Shown piece after piece: positions 26,329-38,372 of a stretch of DNA of 64,000 nucleotides. Numbering within the stretch: the stretch's first letter is position 1; each line of letters begins with the position of its first letter. Source of the stretch: Somniosus microcephalus (Eukaryota). Both the position numbers and the translations under genes were made by a program. Where the stretch lies: assembly GCA_052327205.1 (NCBI GenBank), contig CM126203.1, positions 204,972,001 to 205,036,000 on the forward strand. The letters run 5' to 3'. Under the pieces are notes generated by a model. The model was given only the letters and a program-made list of their open reading frames with translations. It ran no database searches and was not told the origin of the DNA.

Positions 26329-26829
26329 TATATTGCTTAGATTACTCAGTCACACACATATTCCCTGAAATTTATAAAAGTGTCCTTTCTTGCAAACTGA
26401 GCCACTGCTGCGCTGCTGAAAAGTGCTTACTGTTATTATAACAACAGCCCAAGGACAAATTTAAGTTTATCCCTCGTCAAAAGGGGTTAGATGAAGTGGG
26501 GTGGGAGGAGGCTCGTATGGAGCATAAACACTGGCATGACCTGTTGGGCCGAATGGCCAGTTTCTGTGCTATAAATACTTTGCAATTGTAATAAGATGGA
26601 TTTTTAAAACCAGTAGTAAGATATTTTCCCAACATTCACATATTTCAGCACAAACAAAACATTACTTCATTATCTGCTTTTAAATCAGTATTTCCTTGCT
26701 TTGACAAGCTATACGTGCCGTGATGCTGCAGTGTTTTTTCTTTGCATCTGCTTTGTCCCAGCAATATACTGAAACCCAATTGCATCAAAGTGACCATATC
26801 ATCACAACAAAAATCCTCGTGGCATTCAG

Positions 26830-27280
26830 ATGAAATTTAAAGGAATGTGACATTTAAAAGAGAAATGGCAGACTGGATGTCTAAAATCTGAGGAAGTCAG
26901 GATCAATCTGTACAGTGCTTTGACCAGACCGCCTCTCAAGAATTCGCCACCAAGACAGAAGGGTGACAGACAAACTTTCGGGGCAGTGCAGAGAAGAACC
27001 ATGAGGCTGGTCCCTAGTGTCAAAGGATTGAGCTATGAGGAAAGAAAGATAGGAATTGTCTGAGAAGCGATCTTAGAGGTACACCAGATAGTTAGAAGAA
27101 TGGAAAACATAAATCCAGATTATTATTTTAACTTAAATCATAAGATTAGCTAAATTTAGGACTGCTGTCAAGGATTTTTTTTTAATTTTTTTACACACAG
27201 CGATTAACAAACGGATTAGAATGTCATTACAAGTAGTGAAGGTGATAGGCCTGGAATGTTGCAAGAAACAGTTGGATGCG
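26830..27280 (+). mobile_element. Old CR1 3' fragment (tail resumes at ~38410-38480)
   Basis: LYSALTRP, VQRRTMRLVP..KGLSYEE remnants; CR1-like tail gatgggccaaatggcc at 38455. Confidence 0.6.
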
Positions 27281-27361
27281 CTCCCTAAGACCTACCTCTT
27301 TCAACAAACTTTTGGTCACCTGCCCTAATATCTCTTTGTGTGGCTCGGTGATTTTATTTGA

Positions 27362-27810
27362 TATGAGGACAGATTGAGTAGATTGGTCCTATACTCTCTG
27401 AAGTTTAGAAGAATGAGAGGTGATCTCATTGAAACATATAATATTCTGAGGGGGATTGACAAGGTAGATGCCAAGAGGTTGTTTCCCCTGGCTGGAGAGT
27501 CTGGAACTAGGGGGCATAGTCTCAGAATAAGGGGTCAGCCATTTAAGACCGAGATGAGGAGGAATTTCTTCACTCAGAGGGTTGTGAATCTTTGGAATTC
27601 TCTGCCCCAGAGGGCTGTGAATGCTGCGTCTTTGAGTATATTCAAGGCTGAGATAGATAGATTTTTGGACTCTAGGGGAATCAAGGGCTATGGAGATTGG
27701 ACGGGAAAGTGGAGTTGAGGTCAAAGATCAGCCATGATCTTATTGAATGGCGGAGCAGGCAGGAGGGGCCATATGGCCTACTCCTACTCCTAATTCTGAC
27801 GTTCTTATGA
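27362..27810 (+). mobile_element. Short CR1 (HER1-like) 3' fragment inside an L2 tail
   Basis: ORF 27374-27718 RRMRGDLIETY...FFTQRVVNLWNSLP; flanked by L2 3'UTR pieces 27281-27360 and 27811-27840. Confidence 0.9.
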
Positions 27811-28451
27811 CACTCCTGTGAAGTGACTTGGGACGTTTCATAGTCTCATATGGGGAGAAATTGGGTCGCGCCCCCTTTGGGGCACTAACATCGCCAGGGC
27901 ATTAAAAGTAGCGCCCCTGCACCTGAAATTCACCGGTAGCACCCCAAGAGGGCTACTGGAAGCGCCCCGCCTCCCTCTTGGGGTGCTGCGAATGAATATC
28001 ATGGTGCTACGTGCTGCAGCGCCATGCTCTGCGGCTCGTTGCGCCGCAGTACTGCAGGCCTTCCTCCCCTTATTAAAGGGAAGGGGCCTAGCACAGCGTG
28101 ACCCAGGGCCCACCAGGGATCGGAGTGCTGGCAAAACAGCCCGGCACTCAAGAGAAGTGCTGGGCTCATGAAACGCAGCCGGCACTCCGTGGGGGGGCTG
28201 CAGAGGAGGCCGGGGACGGCAGAGGGGGCAGGTGCCAGCAGGCGGCCAGCAACAACAATGGCCGCCCAGCACCTCCCCTTTAATTTGTGCCGCCCCGGTC
28301 GCAGGTAGACCCCTGACCCCGTTGGACATAGCGTCCAGCGGTAAGTCCGGGGGCGCTACCGAAGATCATGGCCGGGGCGCTGCGCACGGCAATGGCGTCA
28401 TCGCCGGCAGTGCAACGCCGCAGGGCGCTAACGGTTACCGCTGCCGCTAAC

Positions 28452-31400
28452 TGTGGTGTATGTGCCTTTAAGAGCCCCTGTGTACTGTAATGCCGGTAGT
28501 GTCCACTCGGGCTATATAAGCCTGTATAGTGTCTTGTATCTTTTAGTTCACCTCCAGACTTTGTTCAGTAAAAACCTGTTAAACCAACTCCTGCATTCCG
28601 TGTCTCCATTACCACATGGATACAACAGTGGTGACGAATTGGAAACGGACTTATCTGCAACTCGGCAGCACCTCAAGGAGATCGATTCCTCAGACGAAGG
28701 TCGAAGAAGAAAAAAAAAGAAAAAACTCTGGTTTCACCAGCTAGCCAGGCTGGTGGCAGGTACTGCAATAATCCTTCCTGGGCGGCGGTCTGGGGCTCTA
28801 TCGGCTGGCTCTGCAGCGGGGCCGAGCAGCAAAGGCGGAGGCAAACAGAGACGGAGGGTGGAGCACTCGGGAGACGGCCAGCGCTGCAAAGCAGGTCGGC
28901 GTTCGGACCAAGCAGAGGGAGGGAAAAGTCCCAGAGAGTCCGGCGGGAACGAGTCTCCAACTATTAAAAATATCTGTATAAATAAAAACCGCGGAGAACA
29001 GCGTTGTCAGCAGCGGCAGCGGCGGGAAAGCGCGGGAAGCGCCATTTTTTCTCGGCAGGGAAGAAAGGAAAGCGCGGGAGGCACCATTTTTTTTCAGGAT
29101 GCCTAAGACTGGCAATATTACTGCTTTCGATAGTGATGTAGAGGATTGGACCACATATGTGGAAAGAGTGGAGGTATATTGCACAGCGAATGAAATAGAG
29201 GATGATAAAAAGGCATCGGTACTTCTAAATCTAATGGGCGCAAGGACATACGGGCTGTTACGAAACTTAATCACTCCAGCCAAACCGATGGACAAGAATT
29301 TTAAAGAGATTGTTGATACCCTACAGGAGCACTTAAACCCAACACCGCTGCTGATAGCGGAACGATTCAAATTCTTCAGGAGGAATCAGCACAAGAATGA
29401 AAGAAACGCTGATTACCTCACCGAATTAAGAAAGCTGTCAAAGCACTGCCAATTCGGGGCAGGGCTGGCAGATTGTCTTCGAGACAAATTTGTCTGCGGT
29501 CTCCTAAGTGAAGGAACACAGAAAAGGCTACTTTCTGATAAAGATTTAACACTGGACAAGGCTTTCAGTGCGGCTGTATCATACGAAGCAGGCGCAAGAG
29601 GAGCTGCAGAGATACAGCAAAAGCCACAGGACTTCGGCACCCATGAAATGACACAGGGTTTCGAGAGATGTTATCGCTGCGGCAGATCCACCCATGACCA
29701 GAGGAACTGCTGGTTCAAGGACAAAGCATGCAGGCAATGCGGAAAGATGGGACACATTGCACGTGTATGCCGATCTGGAAACAAAAAATCCACTGACAGA
29801 AAAAAAATCAATAAGGAAAAGTACAGAAAGGTACAAATGATGACGGACAGTAGCTCCGAAGACCAGAAGAGCGATAGCGACTCCGGAAACAAGAGACTAA
29901 GCTGTCTCAAATTACATAATGTAATTGCCAAAGAAGATTACCAGACCATTTGGGTTACCCTCACGATAGCGGGGTTCCCCAGTTAAAATGGAGCTAGATA
30001 CAGGATCAGCTCTGACCGTCATAAGTCGACGGGATTACGAGCGGCTATTTCCGCATATACCTTTGAAAGACACATCCATTATCTTGAAAATATATACAGG
30101 GCAGAAAGTATACCCCAGAGGGAAAATAAGGGTGCCTGTTGTATACAACGGCAAGGAAATACAGAAGGTGTATTTATACGTTCTGCAAGATGGTGGTCCA
30201 CCGCTGTTGGGACGTGAATGGACCAGGCAGATACGTTTAGACTGGCACTCCATTCAGGCACTGACGGTGACCAGTAAGAAAAAAAATGATGATGACGTCA
30301 TACCTGAACGATTAAAAGACATCTTGGCCAACGCCAAAGAAGTGTTTCAACAGGAACTAAGAACCTTGAAAGGCATCACCGCCTCAATAAAAGTAGAAGA
30401 TGCGGCAATTCCCAAGTTTATTAAGGCAAGGCCAGTGCCATACGCAATTCGTCCAGCAGTCGAGGCAGAGCTGGAGAATTTGGAAAAGGCAGGCATGTTA
30501 TCCAAGATAGATTGGAGCGAGTGGGCAACACCCATCGTCCCGGTCATGAAGAAAACGTTGAATAATGATAAAGCTGAAGAACAGAGAAAAATTAGCATCT
30601 GTGGGGACTTCAAGGTGACTGTAAACCCGGTCCTTCACATGGTACAGTATCCTCTTCCGAGGATAGAAGATATTTTCGCCTCACTATCAGGAGGGAAACG
30701 TTTCACCAAAATTGACTTGGCACAGGCATATCTACAGATGGAGGTTGAGGAGGCCTCTAAAAAGTATCTCACGATAAACACACACTTTTTTGTAACTTTT
30801 GAAACTTTTGAAACCGGAACGCTTGGATTTGGACCCGCATGCTTCGGATGCATCGGCACGGTTTGGACACTGGTTCCAGTGCTTGGAATTTTTTATGGCC
30901 AACTCCGAAGCCGTCACAGCCTCTAAAGCCACCGGAGATGTGAAACTCGGGATCCTGCAGAATCGGGTAAGCCACCGGGTTTTTCCACTCATCCAAGACG
31001 CCGCCACCTACCTGGATGCCTGCAACATTCTAAAGGCCCACTATCAGCGGCCTACCAATGAGGTGTACGCCAGGCACCTGCTTGCTACCTGCACACAGCG
31101 ACCCGGAGAGTCGCTAGAGGACTTTCTAGTCACCCTAAAAGTGCTTGGCAAAGACTGCAAATGCAAAGACGTGAAAGCCACGGTATACACAGACGAGCTT
31201 ATTCGGGATGCCTTTATCGCAGGCCTTAGCTCTAATTACATCTGGCAGAGACTGCTAGAGAAAACGGGCCTAGATCTGACACAGGCTGTGGACACAGCGT
31301 GATCGCTGGATGTGGCTCAGAAGAACTCTGACTCCTACTCGTCAGGCCGCGCGGCCCACGCCGCCTCTGCTTCCCCGCCCGGTAGCCCAACACCGTCGGG

Positions 31401-34400
31401 GCCCTGCTCTCCCCCCAGAAGCCCTACGACCGCCGCGACGCATCGGGGCCCCAAATGCTACTTCTGCGGGCAGCCGAAGCGCACCAGGAACCTGTGCCCG
31501 GCGAAAGGCACCACCTGCTGTAAGTGCGGTAAGAAGGGGCACTTTGGGAAGGTGTGCAGAGGGAACCCTGCAGGCAAAACCGCCACCGCCGTGTGCGCGC
31601 CGTGGGAGCGGCCATCTTGGACGCCATCTTGTCCGACCTCGTGGGGTCCGACATCTCGCGAGCAGATATCGTGGACGCCATCTTCCCGGCCTCGTGTGGC
31701 CCACCATCTTGTCCCGATCAGGGCCCTACAGTGGCATCGATCACAGTGGACCAGTCCAGACCGCACCCACTATCCAAATCGATGGTGGACATCGAGGTAA
31801 ACGGGTGCAAGGTTAAATGTTTAATTGACAGCGGGAGCACGGAGAGCTTCATTCACCCTGATCTGGTACAATGACTCTCTCTAACTATAGTCCCGACTCA
31901 GGGCAGAACCAAATCGCCCAATACCGGGTGTTCTCCACCATCGACCTCAAGTCAGCGTATCACCAGCTCCCTATCAGACCAGAGGACCGTTCGTACACCG
32001 CCTTCGAGGCAAACGGACGCCTCTACCAGTTCCTCAGAGTCCCCTTTGGGGTGACGAAAGGGGTCTCGGTCTTTCAGAGGGAGATGGACTGCATGGTCGA
32101 TGACCACCACTTGCAGGCAACCTTCCCCTATCTCGACAACGTCACCATCTGCTGCCACAGCCAACAGGACCACGACTCAAACCTCGCGAGGTTTCTGAAA
32201 ACCGCACAAAAACTCAACCTCACCTACAACGAGGACAAGTGCGTTTTCAACACCACGCGCCTCTGCATACTAGGCAGCGTGGTGGAGAATGGGGAAGTCA
32301 GACCAGACCCCGACCAATTGCGCCCCCTACGGGAGCTGCCCCTGCCCAACACTCCCAAAGCCTTGTTTTATTCAGTTAACTTTGAGTCTTGAAGTTACAA
32401 AAAGTCTTGAAGTTACAAAAGTCAAAAGTTTCAAAAGGATTGTACCAGTACAATCGACTGGTTTTCGGAGTAGCATCAGCTCCAGCTATCTGGCAAAGAG
32501 CTATGGAGCAAGTCCTGCAAGGGATTCCAAGGACTCAATGCTACCTAGACGACATCCTTGTAACAGGAGAAAACGACAACGAGCACCTTGCCAATTTGGA
32601 GCAGGTGCTCACTAGGCTGAGAGAACAGGGCCTACGAGCAAATCGCCCCAAGTGTGAATTTTTCCAGAAACAAATATCATATTGTGGCCACATAATCAAC
32701 GAAGAAGGGTTGCATAAGTCACCTGAAAAAATTGAAGCGGTCATAAAAGCCCCTGCACCTGAAAATGTCTCACAATTAAGGTCGTTCCTGGGATTGATAA
32801 ATTACTATCATAAATTTTTACCGAACTTGTCAACTGTTCTGCACCCTCTTAACAAACTGCTACAAACGGGAGTAAATTGGAAATGGAGCAAAGGCTGTAA
32901 AAGTGCCTTCCATAAATGTAAAGGCTTGATCACGTCCAAGGAAGTTTTGGCTCATTACAACCCATCACTGCCAATCAGACTGGCGTGCGATGCATCCCTT
33001 TACGGCGTAGGAGCGGTATTATCGCATAGTTTCCCTGATGGCTCGGAGCGGCCGATAGCTTTTGCGTCACGCTCATTGAACTCAGCTGAGCGTAACTATG
33101 CCCAGATCGACAGGGAAGCACTCAGCCTGGTGTGGGGAGTGAAGAAATTCAACCATTACCTACACGGACAAAAATTTTCCTTGTTGACTGACCATCAACC
33201 CCTCGTCTCCATATTCAACCCTAAAAAGGGCGTTCCCATTATGACAGCGCAAAGGCTACAGAGGTGGTCCCTTTTCCTAGGGGCACACCAATATGACATA
33301 GAATACAAAGGATCAAAACAGCATGGAAATGCTGAGGTTTATCGCGTCTACCGTTGCCAACGGTAGAAGAGGCACTTACAGTGGACCCAGTGGAGATGTT
33401 CCACTCAACCATAGTGGAATGTCTATCAGTAACAAATTCTACCATTGAAAAGGGAACGAGAAATGACCCGACTCTCTCACGAGTCTACGATTTAACGGTG
33501 AAGGGATGGCCAGCACATCGCGAACCACTGTTGCCAGCATTCTCGCAAAGAAGAGAACAGCTGTCAGTGTGCCGAGGAACCTTGATGTGTGGATCCAGAG
33601 TGGTGATTCCACTCAAACTCCAGGATAAAGTGCTGAAGGAGCTTCACGAGGGGCATCCGGGTGGAGTGAAAATGAAGAACCTAGCCAGAGCATTTGCGTG
33701 GGGGCCAGGTATCGATGGAGACATCGAAGAAATGACCAAGGGCTGTCTAAGATGCCAGAAGGTCCAAAACGCCCCACCACAGGCCCCTCTACATCCATGG
33801 AAGTGGCCCTCATCTCCATGGCAAAGGGTACACATCGACTTTGCTGGTCCATTTATGGACTCAATGTTCTTAATCGTGGTTGATGCACACTCCAAGTGGC
33901 CGGAGGTAATAAAGATGTCCTCCACCACCACGGAAAAAACCATCACAGTATTAAGAACCATATTTGCCAGGAATGGGCTGCCTGAACAGATCTGTTCTGA
34001 TAATGGACCGCAATTTGTGTCCGAAGAATTCAGGAAGTTCTTAAAAAAACAATGGGGTTAAGCACTACACGTCCGCCCCATACCATCCCGCCACCAATGG
34101 ATTGGCTGAAAGGTTTGTCCAGACCTTCAAGAAGGCCATAAAGGCCATGGTTAATGAAGACATAAATCTACAGCATAAGGTAGATAACTTCTTGTTTGCA
34201 TACAGGAATGCAACACATGTGGTTACAAACCAAACTCCTGCCATGATGTTTTTCAATAGAAGACTAGGATGCCGGCTGGATTTGATCAAGCCAAACATCA
34301 GAAGGGACGTAGAGAACCAGCAATTTCAAGGCATGAATGAAAGGCCAACTAGAACCTTCCAGATAGGTCAACATGTTTTGGCCCGGGACTACCGTACCGA

Positions 34401-34991
34401 GAAATGGCAGCCTGGAACTATTTGCACATGACTAGGACCGCTGATGCATACCGTGGACATTGGAGAAAGCATAATAAGGCGCCATGCTGACCAGATCATA
34501 GAGTCATCCGAAAAGGGACAACCTACACCACAACTCTATACGCCTAATGATGAAGCAGAGATACCCATAGTATCTACCTCCGATCCGGTGATACTGGAAC
34601 CACATGAACCCGACACTGGCATTCAAGCCGAATCGACCTTGCCAAAAGAACCTACTACACCACCGAGGCGTTATCCGGACCGAGTCAGGAAGCCTCCAGA
34701 GAGACTGAATTATAATTGATTAACTGCAGCAAATGTGTAGATTATTGTTCTTGTAAACATGTTAATTAATGATTACTTAAAATGTTATGTACTGGTTGTC
34801 TAAAAGGGGAGGAATTGTGGTGTATGTGCCTTTAAGAGCCCCTGTGTACTGTAATGCCGGTAGTGGCCACTCGGGCTATATAAGCCTGTATAGTGTCTTG
34901 TATCTTTTAGCTCACCTCCAGACTTTGTTCAGTAAAAACCTGTTAAACCAACTCCTGCATTCCGTGTCTCCATTAACACATGAATACAACA
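28452..34991 (+). mobile_element. Full-length Ty3/Gypsy element C (Mag-like, relative of B) carrying a foreign insert
   Basis: 176-bp LTRs 28452-28627 and 34816-34991 (4 mismatches), TSD CTAAC, PBS TGGTGACGA, PPT aaaaggggaggaa; disrupted gag-pol 29099-34719. Confidence 0.96.
30786..32433 (+). mobile_element. LTR-less, internally deleted gag-PR-RT segment of a Gypsy A-lineage element
   Basis: KPERLDLDP, CCHC x2, LIDSGSTESFIHPD, NQIAQYRVFSTIDLKSAYHQLP, YLDNVTIC, all homologous to element A; inserted between TINTH and KGLY of element C. Confidence 0.9.
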
Positions 34992-35095
34992 CTAACCTCA
35001 CGCTGAATTTCATGGGAGGCGTTGGCAGCGCCGCGCCAAGGCACTAGTTACAGCGCTAACGGGAGGCACAAATGAACTGAATTTTTAGGCCATAT

Positions 35096-38000
35096 AGTCA
35101 TAACGGCATAGAAGGAGGCCATTCGGTCCATCAAGTCCATGCCGGCTCTCTGTAGAGCAATCCAGTCAGTCCCATTCCCCCGCTCTATCCCTATAGCCCT
35201 GCAAGTTTAGTTCCCTCAAGTGTCTATCCAGTCGCCCCTTGAAAACATTGAGCGTATCTGCTTCCACCACTTCTGTCGGCAGCAAGTTCCAGGTCCTCAA
35301 CACTCGCTGCGTAAAAAAGTTTTCCCTCACATCCCCCCTGAATCTCTTGCCCAAAACCATAAATCTGTGTCCCCTAGTCCTTGTACAATCAATTAGTGGG
35401 AACAGCCTTTCCCCGTCTAGCCTATCCAATCCCGTCATAATCTTGTGCACCTCTATCAGACCACCCCTCAACCTCCTTTGCCCTAATGAAAATAAATCCA
35501 GCATCTCCAACCTGCCCTTGTAGCTAAGATCCGCCATCCCCGGAACCATTCTGGTAAACCTACTCTGCACCCTCTCAAGGGCCTTCACATCCTTCCTAAA
35601 GTGTGGCAAGCAGAACTGGACGCAATACTTCAGTTGTGGCCTAACCAGTGCTTTATAAAGATTCAGCATAACTTCTCTACTTTTGTACTCAATACCTCTA
35701 TTTATGAAACCTAATATCCCATACGCTTTGCTAACCACTCTCTCAATATGTCCTGCCACCTTCAGGGACCTATGCACATTAACTCCCAGGTCCCTCTGTC
35801 CCTGCACACTCTTTAAAACTGTGCTATTAAGTGTATATTGCCTCTCCCTGTTCCTTCTGCCAAAATGCATTGCCTCACACTTCTCTGCATTAAATTCCAT
35901 CTGCCACTTGTCTGCCCATTCTGCTAACCTTTCTATGTCCCATTGCTGTCGATTGGTATCATCCTCACTGTTTCCCACATCCCCAAGTTTGATATCATTG
36001 GCAAATTTAGAAATTCTACTTTGTATTCCAATATCCAGGTCATTGATATATATCAAAAAAAGCAGTGGCCCCAGCAATGACCATTGGGGAACACCACTGT
36101 CTACCATCCTCCAGTCTAAAAAACAGCTATTTACCACAACTCGCTGTTTTCTGTCCTTAAGCCAATTCCTTATCCAAGCTACCACTGACCCACCTATTCC
36201 ATGAGCCTCAGTTTTGTTAATGAGCCTTCTATGTGGTACTTTGTCAAACACCTTCCTAAAATCCATGTAGACAACATCCATTGCATTCCCTTCATCGATC
36301 CTCTGGTACTTCATCAAAAAGTAAATTAGATTAGTCAAACACGATCTGCCTTTTACAAATCCGTGTTGGCTCTCCTTAATTAGTTTAAACCTCTCCAAGT
36401 GCCCGTTAATTTTTTCCTTGATTATTGTTTCTAAAACTTTACCCACCACTGATGTTAAACTGACCAGCCTATAGTTACTAGGATTGTCCTTCCACCCTTT
36501 CTTGAACAATGGTGTCACATTTGCCACTTTCCATCCTCAGCCACCTTCCCTACATCTCGGGATGATTGGAAAATTATGGCAAGCCCTTCGCTATCTCCTC
36601 CCCCCATCCACTTAGCAATCTGGGATGCAAGCCATCTGGACCAGGCGACTTATCCACTCTAAGCATACCCAGCCTTTCTAGTACATCCTGTCTGTCAATT
36701 TTCACCCCTTCCATTGCTTCTACCTTTTCCACTGCTACCGATATTTTGTCAGCATGCACCTCCTTAATAAACATCGATACAAAGTACTCATTGTGTATTC
36801 TAGCCTTGCCTTGCGTCTCTAAGCATACCTTCTTTGTCGCTAATAGGCCCAACCCTGCTTCTTACTACCCGCTTACTGTTTACATGCCGGTAGAAGATTT
36901 TTGGGTTCCCTTTTATGTTAACCACCATTCTACACTCATATTCTCTCTTTGCCAATCTTATTTTCATCTTCACTTTCCCTCTCAACTTATTGTATTTGGT
37001 TTGGTTCTCCCTTGAAGAAGTCACTGACATGCATCATGCACCCTCTTTTTTTGATTCATCATCTTCTCTATCTCCCTCATCATCCAAGGAGCCCTTGCTT
37101 TGGTTCCCTTACCCTTCCCTCCTGTTGGAATGTACCTAGCCTGTACTTGGAACATCTCCTCCTTAAAGATCACCCATTGTTCCATTACAGTTTTTCCTGT
37201 CAGTCTTTGGTTCCATTTTACCCTGGCTAGATGCTTTCACATCCCATTGAAGTTAGCCCTATTCCAGTTTAGAAGTTCCACTCTAGATTGTTCCTTGCTC
37301 CTCTCCATTGCTAATCTAAATCTTATGATACGATGATCACTCATACCCAAGTGTTCTCCCACAGACATTTGGTCGACCTGGCCCACCTCATTCACCAGCA
37401 CCAGATCCAGCACTGCCTCCTTCCTAGTTGGGCCAAGAACATACTGGTCAAGGAAATTCTCCTGAACATATTTCAGAAATTCCTCCCCATCCTTTCCCTT
37501 TATCCTAGCATTATCCCAATCGATATTTGGGTAATTAAAGTCCCCCAATATCACCACTCTATAGCCCTTGCATATCTTTGCGATTTCCCTGCAGATTTGC
37601 TCCGCTACCTCCCTCTCACTACTTGGAGGCCTATAGAATACCCCCAATAGCATGATCATACCCTTTTTTCTCCTCAACTCTAACCAAATGTCCTTGTCCC
37701 CTCAAGAACATCCTCCCTTTCCAACACTACAATGTCTTCCTTAATCAGCACTGCCACCCCACCTCCCTTTTTTCCTTCCCTATCTTTACTGAACATCTTG
37801 TACCCTTGAATATTAAGTGCACAGTCCTCACCGTTTTTAATCCACGTTTCCGTTATTGCCACAATATCATATTGCCACATGACTAATTGTGCTTGTAGCT
37901 CACCAACCTTATTCACCACACTTTGTGCATTTACGTACATGCATTCTAAACCCATTTTAAAAATTTTCGTAGTCTTTCTTAGTCTGCTCCTATCTTAATA

Positions 38001-38372
38001 TGGTACTACCTCTGGTACTAATTTCTTCTCTAGTACTATCCAACACACTCACTCTTTCATGCACCTTATTCCTCTTTTCTACTCCTATATGCTGGTGCCC
38101 ATCCCATTGCCAAGCTAGTTTAAACCCTCCCCAACAGCACTAGCAAACCTCCCCGCGAGGATATTGGTCCCGGCTCTGTTGAGGTGTAACCTGTCCGGCT
38201 TGTACAGGTCCCACCTTCCCCAGAAATGGTCCCAATGCCTCAGGAATCTAAAGCTCTCCCTCCTGCACCATCTCTCCAGCCATGCATTCATCTGTTCTAT
38301 CTTCCTATTCCTGTACTCACTAGCACATGGCACCGGGAGTAATCCGGAGATTACTACCTTTGAGGTCCTGCT
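35096..38372 (-). mobile_element. CR1 LINE: ORF1 C-terminus (SGNH esterase-like), APE endonuclease, RT, 3' tail
   Basis: ORFs 38115-38333 (NAWLERWC..F..HWDHFW..D.LHLN), 37680-37955 (AITETW), 37237-37677 (GDFN, SDH), 35166-36527 (RT). Confidence 0.93.

Larger units (their letters stand above)
27852..35091. mobile_element. GC-rich TIR element (Harbinger-type MITE) split by Gypsy C
   Basis: Pieces 27852-28451 and 34992-35091; an inverted homolog at 51951-57714 is also split by a Gypsy. Confidence 0.75.

Noticed and set aside
28453-29106. 217-aa ORF over the LTR and leader of Gypsy C
   Set aside because: Non-ATG start, runs through LTR and low-complexity leader; likely incidental, as are the antisense ORFs inside other TEs.
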